NCBI GenBank assembly: GCA_905250875.1
Contig: CAJNOO010000491.1
Span: forward strand, 23,497-55,496
From: Rotaria sordida
Taxonomy: Eukaryota
Length of the DNA stretch: 32,000 bases
Reading direction: 5' to 3'
The notes under the pieces are model-generated. The model saw only the letters and a program-made list of their open reading frames with translations. It did not search any database and was not told the origin of the DNA. Positions within the stretch are counted from its first letter, which is position 1. Every line of letters starts with the position of its first letter. This document shows, one piece after another, positions 1 through 32,000 of this stretch. A program made the position numbers and the translations under genes.

Positions 1-871
1 GAGAGAGAACAAAAGCAGCAGCTCGTATCCTGCCTGTACATCGTATCATCTTACTCGTTCTTTTTCTCTTTCTACTTGTATATTACCAATCCAAATATAT
101 CTCTTCTTTATTTTCTCTGCACTGATATTCATTCAGTGAAAAAAATAGCGTAGCTGCTAAACTATTTTCAACATATAATTTGGTTGTTTGATGTTTGTTA
201 GGTGTCAATCAACCTCAGACCCTTTATTTTGACGACAAACACTTTCAATAAGTTGCCTACAGTTTTTCTTTTTACAATATTAAATCAAATGTTTCGATTA
301 TATTAATTGAGCAGGAAAGAGAAAAATAAATAAATAATAAAGTTGATCTATCTATATACTATTTCCTATAATAAAAATAGTCCAAGGACATACACATTCT
401 CTTGATATGTAGACCGATGACGTCTATCATAATGACAATACTGAAAATCAAGAGTCTCATTAGACAAGCAAGAAAATCTATCCTATCTGACATTGACTAA
501 AACAAGAAAAAAAAGATCGATGGAATCTATCAATATCCATCACGTATAAAGAAAAAAGAAAAGAAAAGAAGGGATCGATCATATTGAGAATAACACGTAT
601 ATATATAGTAAAGGCGATATCTTTACCGTTTGATGACGTTGAAAGATCTGTTCTATATAAGATGTTCTTTTAAGTAAGAATACAGATGGTTTGTGTTTTA
701 TAGAGAAAGTTATGTAATGGAAAAATGAATAAAGAAAAGTTCATTATACGCATATATATATATAATGAGTAAAAGATGACGGTCGCATAATCAATCATGA
801 AAGATATACTACCTTATGTATTATTCAATAAGAAAATAATTATTATAATTAAATATTCTTATGATACTTAC

Positions 872-25429
<24,558 letters not shown>

Positions 25430-25666
25430 TCTTTTCTTTCTGTTTCTTATTAATCCAACAATTTACTAACTAATTATCTATCAAAAATAAAAATAAAAGT
25501 AAATAATAAAAATAATATCAATAAAAAGAAAATATTAGCCATGCATGTTAGTTATATATGTATGTATATACATATATGTGTATACATATCGAGGAAAAGT
25601 ATCAAAGAAATAATCATAAAAAAATATTAGAGATAGTTGACGACAACCTAAGCCCAAATGAGAGGA

Positions 25667-25670
<4 letters not shown>

Positions 25671-25704
<34 letters not shown>
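25671..25704. repeat. (AG)n microsatellite, ~17 units, upstream of the twitchin-like start codon
   Basis: Uninterrupted agagag run. Confidence 0.97.
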
Positions 25705-25708
<4 letters not shown>

Positions 25709-25812
25709 CAAGACGAAGAAAACGATGTACTATTGTATACGGTAAAAAAATATCCCCTATGCCTGTATTAACGCGTTAGCCGGTGTTGATCATCTAAGTA
25801 TCTCCATATACA

Positions 25813-25832
25813 AACACACACACACACACATG
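25813..25832. repeat. (CA)n microsatellite
   Basis: aacacacacacacacacaca run. Confidence 0.93.
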
Positions 25833-26139
25833 AAGAAGAGGGGAAAAGAAGGGTGGTACACTCTAGTGCTAACTAAAAGAGCGGAAGATGATGACAAAAG
25901 TTCTTTTCTCTTTTTTCTCTTGTATATGATATCGGTTGCACTCTGATGTGGTTTTTTCTCCACATTCGTTTTTCTAGAAAGAACAGAAAAAATATTTCTT
26001 AATAGCTTGTAATGGACGATAAAGAGTTTGTATATAACCCGTGGGTAGAATCGTCAAACGAAAGTTCTTCTCTAAAAATTAGAGAATAACTATTACAAAA
26101 CAAAAAAAAGAAAGAAAGACTATTGATAAAATAATAACA

Positions 26140-26158
26140 CATCCATCCATCCATCCAT
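26140..26158. repeat. (ATCC)n short microsatellite
   Basis: catccatccatccatccat. Confidence 0.9.
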
Positions 26159-26708
26159 TTATAACAATTATATAATTCGAACTAGAAAAAACAAAAGCGT
26201 ATTATAGTTATATGATCTGACCAAAAAACGAGCAATTGTTTTATGATAAACTCAAGCAATGTGATCGACATCAAGATGATGATAAAGACAAAAGAATGTT
26301 AATCGTCCCCGGACGCATACAAGCATAAATAATACAAAGCTTAATCGTCATGATAATGACCAGTATATACATCAATATCTATCAATCATGCCATATTTCA
26401 CGATTGAAAAAAAACACAAAACATTGTTCTCGATTTTATTTGATAAGCAAGCATTTCAGAATATATAACTTTCTTTTTTTTTTTCAACATGCAAATAATT
26501 TTTCATTTTTAGATTTATACCAATGTATCTTACTCATACAAATACATATATATATGCACTTGCCATCTATATCTTAACAAACCTTTAAGAAAACTAAGTT
26601 GATTAGGGTGGTGTAAAACAAACTGCAGTACAACAATGAAAGCTGCATTTATTTTCTTCGTTTTCTCCTACATAAAAAAAACGAGATGTATGTCTATTAA
26701 TAGATGCA

Positions 26709-26774
26709 ATATATATATATATATATATATACAAACGCAAACGCCACCATACGCTAGATGTTTCCTCACCCCAC

Positions 26775-26807
<33 letters not shown>

Positions 26808-26808
26808 C
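26709..26808. repeat. AT-dinucleotide microsatellites (two tracts)
   Basis: (at)n at ~26709-26731 and catatatatatacatatatatat... at ~26774-26808. Confidence 0.92.
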
Positions 26809-27348
26809 TATGAATGTGGGTGTCTGCAACTGATGTGGATAATCATACTAGTGCAAGCATAAGAAGGTTGCATATTAACGTTGTCTTCATCAATAGAATA
26901 CTGTCGTATGTATGGCGATGACGACATGATAATATTAGCAATAGATAGGAGATATCCTTATCAAAAAAATCTATAACATAAGATACAAGTAGAAAATAAT
27001 AGGAAAAAAACAATTTCACATGAAGTATTTTATTGATATAATCTATTGTATAACTATGAAAAAATAGACAATGATGATAGAAAACAAAAGTCCTAGATTC
27101 TAATAAAGAAAAAGACTCATTTATTTGTCAATCTTTTATATAACTAAAGAAAAAGACTAAAGTTCAGAACTATTCATAACAGATATATTCTTTATAATAT
27201 CATAAAATCAAGGTCAATAATAAACCATGACTTTTTACAGGTATGATTGACAACATTTTTTTTTCTTGTTATATATTGAACATTCATATACCTATATTTT
27301 ATATTATTCTAGAATTTGTACGGTATTTCTTTTTTCTTTTCTACACTA

Positions 27349-27373
27349 ACACACACACACACACACACACACA
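27349..27373. repeat. (AC)n microsatellite in the 3' flank of the TSP1 gene
   Basis: acacac run across 27349-27373. Confidence 0.95.
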
Positions 27374-27547
27374 TTGATACCATTAAATAATGACCTTCTG
27401 GAATTAATTTTCAAGTTTTTCTTTTAGACTAGTGACAGACTACATCAATTGTATAAACGAATAATAGGTGTACATATTGAGTTATCGATCACCCACACTT
27501 AAGAATGTCGTGCAAAAACAACAATGACAATCATAATTATCATCGAT

Positions 27548-28470
27548 TTATGTGTTTATTCTTCTGTTCTTCATTTTACAATGTCTATTACATATAGATA
27601 AAATATAAATAGTTAATGCATGAATTTTAAAATCACATTCATATATATAATAATATATACATAATGGTATACATATAAGTGTAATAAAAAATGGAAAAAT
27701 AAAAATAAAAATAATATTTAAATTATTATGTATTAATTTATGATCAATAGAATTTGATTTTATATTATTTTCTATTATATTGAAATATTTTCGATCGTTA
27801 TTTATACAAGATTTCATAAAACAATAATCAGATTGAATTGAAAATGAATCTATTAAACATTGACGATCAGATTTACAAGAACGTCTGCGTGCAATACGAC
27901 CTATTATATAAAAAAAAAATTATAAATAGTAAAACTGAAAACAATGCGACAGTATCTGGTTAATCTTAATCTTTATATAATCTGACAGTAAAGATAGGTT
28001 TTATTTTGATTAATGAATGATATATTGACGGGTGATGAAATGTGACTGAATATAATCTCGATAAAGATTCATTGTCTTTTTATTCTTTGTGTTTTTTTAT
28101 TTCTATTGTAATTTCATAATATCAATTTATTCTTACCAATTCCACAAGTAACTGAACATGAACTCCATTTTGACCATTGTTGCCAATTATCGATTTGAAT
28201 ACATGTTTCTGAATTAATAAAACATTTAATAAGATTATCTAAGATTTTTTGTAAACTATTATCATTAATTATATTTGTATAAGTTCGTAATATTTGATCA
28301 TTTTTACATTTATCAAGTTCTTTACTACACAAACGAATAAGTATTTGTTTTATAATTGGATATCGCCATAATGTTTGTAAGATTAATTCAAAATAATATC
28401 GATCTTCATTATTATACGCATATACATAGACAATAAATAGTAATCCAACAATTACAAATGTGTAATACAT
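27548..28470 (-). CDS. Single-TSP1-repeat secreted or membrane protein, 228 aa, two exons (28137-28470 and 27548-27900)
   Basis: Exon 1 MYYTFVIVGLLFIVYVYA...SETCIQIDNWQQWSKWSSCSVTCGIG| joins exon 2 |GRIARRRSCKSDRQCLIDSFSIQSDYCFMKSC...HNNLNIIFIFIFPFFITLICIPLCIYYYIYECDF...NT*. Donor GTAAGA, acceptor ATAATAG; 334+353 nt = 229 codons in frame including the stop. Confidence 0.8.
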
Positions 28471-29393
28471 TATATATTCATTTCATATAACAAAAAAAAA
28501 GGAAAGAAAACCCGCTAAAATATCTTGTTAATAAACAAAAACATTATTTTAATTCATTAACCATTTAAACAATGAGTTTGACCTATTTCACAGACAAATT
28601 TTTGACATTCATAATACAATCTAAGTTATTCAATTCAATATATATTTATATTATTTCCATAATATTCTTTGTTTATCTTTTGCTATTTACTCTATTAAGT
28701 AATATATCTTGTCGATCAATATTTTTGCTAAAGGCAATTACATTCTTAACATACTCATCCAATTGAGTAAGTCAAAAAAACAAAAAGATATGTATATTTC
28801 TCTTGTGATTTCAGCATGTACCAAATAGATTTGTCTATGTATAATCATTTATATTTTCATACCGAACAGAATGTTATAAACTACATGAAATTTATTAATT
28901 TATTTTCCTCACCCCGAAAGAAAAAAAAAACGCAAATATTTATTATTTTATATAGACAATATAATAGACACAATACAAATATAATATATATATGTATATT
29001 AATAATAATGCTTTGATAAAATATCAAGGTAAAGGCGCGCACATATACATTAAAAACTTATCAGTCTAACCGACAAAAAAAAAAAAAACGAAAAAAAAAA
29101 CCAGACTAGATTAAATATCAAGACAACATATTTGCGTAAGTTTCTTTGATTTAAATACAAGCTAAAGTAAAATATCTGAATACTATGATGTCATAAATCG
29201 AGAAAAGAAAAAAAAAAGATGAAACTAGCTCTAATAAGATAAAATAATAGACAAAAGTCTAAAACATGCACAATCAAAAAAAAAATCACCACAGTACAAA
29301 AGCGCATAAACATACAGCGAAAGATTATTAAACATGACTATATATATATAGATATATATATATATATATATTAGAATATGATATATATTCTTG

Positions 29394-32000
29394 TCAACAT
29401 GGACATAGAACATTGAGAATGTATTTTGTTAAAAGCTCTGGCACTTGAGGACTATCCTCATTAATTGCATGTAGTACTACAAAAAAAAAAAAAATTTATT
29501 TTAATCAAACTAAATAATTCAATTTCTTAACTAACTTTTATTTAAACTTTGTAAATGTTCAACTGATAAATATGTTGGATGATCATGATCATATGGAATC
29601 ACCGTTGTAAGATACTAAAATTAAACAAAAAAGAAGAATTGAAATAATAGTAATTATCATTTTAAATCTTATAGACATTTAATTAAAAGCAGCAAATATA
29701 TAGCGTTTAAATATAGTGTTAAGCATATGAAACAACATGTATGGATAAATATGATATAAAGTGAGACTATTCGATGTGTATTTAGGTTAATATTGGTTAT
29801 GTAATCTACCTGAGTCTTTGGAAATAATTCATGCCAACTAATCGAAAAAATATCGAATACTGATCGATTACGACGGGATAATATCTAAACCAAATTTTGT
29901 TTTGTCATGGAATAAAATCATTTATATATGTTCGTTTGTTTTGTTTTTATTATTATTGAAAACTCTACAACTCAACTTGTGAAAGTGAAAGAAAAAAGAA
30001 AATGTCTATCAATTTTATTGTATGACAATAATAGACAATATCTAACCGATTATTCCCAGTGTTGCAACATTCTTAATATAACCTTATCAATCATCCGAGT
30101 AGACTACAATAATAATAATAATAATAATAATATAACTTGTTTTAACTATTGTTTATTATTTTCTATTTTTAGAATCATTATTTGTTTTGTCAAGGTCAAT
30201 TTTACCGACTGGATATATCCATTTATAGATATTCCAATCATTTGAAAAAAAAAATAAGAAAAACAATTTGACCTTGGACTAATTAACAAAACTTTCAGAG
30301 ATCTATGAAAGATTATATTTTCTTTACTAACATTAGTCAAGTTATGCATCTATTATGACAATTCTTTCGCATATCTTATGACAGACTATGTCTAACAATA
30401 TTCTATATTGGTAACTATCCATGAAGTCTTTCAATAATATATATTTGATGAATAGACATGGAATGTTATATTTTAATGCAAATAAGTTGTTAACATGCTG
30501 ATCAGAATGTAATTAATTCATATGAATTTCAAAAAACTATATATTCATTTAATTGATAAAAAAATTTTATATGAAAAAAAACCAATTTATATTATTTTTT
30601 TTCTCGATTAATCAATATCATCATGTAAATATGAACTCATAACCCCACTTCATTTCTATCCTAATCCAATTAATAATCACAGCGTTCGATAATATAGGAA
30701 AAAGGAAAGAAAAAAGTTTACTCAACAACTCATCTGTATAATAATAAATATTCATCAAACATTTTCTTTTTTTTTTTTTTTTTTTGTTGACATTTTCTCG
30801 AGGAAAAGAGAATTCCCAATACACATTAGTCGCACGTTCATACTAATCGTATCTACAAGAGCAATAATACAAACTATTTGATTCTATTAACCATTTTCAA
30901 TTATAAAAAGAGCGCAAAATAAAGAGAACATATAATATTTACCGTTCCCGGTTCAATATAATTGCTATTTCCTAGTATCGAACGACGTTTCGGACGTTTT
31001 TCACCCTGATGATGTCGACGTTTATTCTAAAAAAAAAAAAAGGAAATGTTGTTTTTTTTGTCCTAAGGAAAAATAAAAATAAAACATCATTTACTTGAAT
31101 ACTAAGTACAAGTGAAATAAATGTATTCTTTGTTTCTTTTTCATATTCAAGTTCATCTCGAACTGCTAATTCCTAATGAATAAAAAACAAATTAATCAAA
31201 AAAATTCTTTTTTTATGTATTTACTTGAACAAGAAAATTTGATAATTCTTTAACAGATGTATTTAATTCTTCATACAATTCATTCAATGAATAAATTGTT
31301 TGTGATTTTAAATCCATTTCATCATTATGTATACTTGATGATAAATATTTAACACATCTTGTACGTAAATCAAGTATATCAGATGTTGATTGATCATCAC
31401 AATAACCTGAATCAGGTGTCATATCTTGTAACATAAAATCAATTTCACTAATAACTTGTTCAGCTGTAAGAAATGGTTCATGATTTGATGAAATAATAAT
31501 TGAATGCATATCTAATTGTTCACGTAATTCTTCTTCTTCATCATCATTTAAATCATCAATTGATGTTATATCATCTTCATTTTTATTTGTTTTAATTGTT
31601 TGATAATAAATACTATTCATTGCTATTTGACAACTTTGTGATATATTTGGTAATTTTAAATCATGACGAAGTGATGTACGAAGATTTTCAATTAATTCTG
31701 ACCATGTACTAAAAAAAGAAAAAATGAAAGTAAAAATAAAAATAAATGAATAACAAAACAAACTTTGATGAAGCAATAAGATCTTTTTGTGATGTTTTAC
31801 ATTGTTTTTCTTCATCATTATCATTAAGTTCAATTACTTGTTCATCTTTAAAACAAGCATTTATTGTATGATCAAATGATTTTACGAGATCTTCAAGTGA
31901 TGATGATTTACACGAATGTTCACCTAAAGAAATATTTTATTCAAAAAAACAAAAACAAATTTTTCTTATTCAACTAACCAAGTGTTGGATTTAATAATGT
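29394..32000 (-). CDS. unc-76: FEZ / UNC-76 (fasciculation and elongation protein zeta) homologue, 3' part; 5' end outside the window
   Basis: Exons 31979->32000, 31764-31923, 31225-31708, 31095-31172, 30943-31026, 29536-29614, 29394-29476, all GT-AG with matching phases. Translation includes SLEDLVKSFDHTINACFKDEQ, NTWSELIENLRTSLRHDL, NFLVQELAVRDELEYEKETKNTFISLVLSIQNKRRHHQGEKRPKRR, GTYLTTVIPYDHDHPTYLSVEHLQSLNKILHAINEDSPQVPELLTKYILNVLCPC*, matching the conserved FEZ family C-terminus. Confidence 0.93.
30108..30131. repeat. (AAT)n microsatellite in a FEZ intron
   Basis: aataataataataataataataat. Confidence 0.95.

Noticed and set aside
25671-27373. Possible CRISPR-like or satellite array upstream of the twitchin-like gene
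   Set aside because: Only simple di/tetranucleotide microsatellites are present, with no conserved direct repeats separated by unique spacers.
28572-29016. Plus-strand Ile/Phe/Tyr-rich ORFs between the TSP1 and FEZ genes
   Set aside because: Low-complexity AT-rich translation with no domain, and no flanking splice or regulatory support.
29928-30245. Plus-strand 105-aa ORF containing NNNNNNNN
   Set aside because: Lies in a FEZ intron; the poly-Asn comes from the AAT microsatellite.

Overview
This is an AT-rich metazoan (invertebrate) genomic window. The protein-coding genes I can support are all on the minus strand, and all carry many short introns (~50-70 nt) plus some longer ones. (1) Positions ~872-25429 hold a giant intracellular muscle protein of the twitchin/UNC-22/projectin family. 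Reading N to C it has five tandem Ig domains, a low-complexity linker region (poly-Ala, a KPTDKKDK-type 24-bp tandem repeat, and an Arg/Ser-rich segment with several PKA-type sites), more Ig domains, a long Fn3/Ig array, a MLCK/twitchin-type kinase, and a C-terminal Ig. The C-terminus is probably outside the window. (2) Positions 27548-28470 hold a two-exon gene for a 228-aa protein with a signal-like N-terminus, one six-cysteine thrombospondin type-1 (TSP1) repeat created across the splice junction, and a C-terminal hydrophobic segment. (3) Positions 29394->32000 hold the 3' part of a FEZ/UNC-76 homologue, reconstructed over seven exons with consistent splice phases. Most remaining ORFs in the supplied track are intron read-through, antisense or wrong-frame artefacts. 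I found no CRISPR array, rRNA, convincing full-length tRNA or intact transposon. The most unusual items are the orphan-like TSP1 protein, the linker with clustered PKA motifs and tandem repeat, and several GC-richer structured or palindromic elements inside long introns. I see no evidence of a wholly new biological system. Species is not determinable with confidence.
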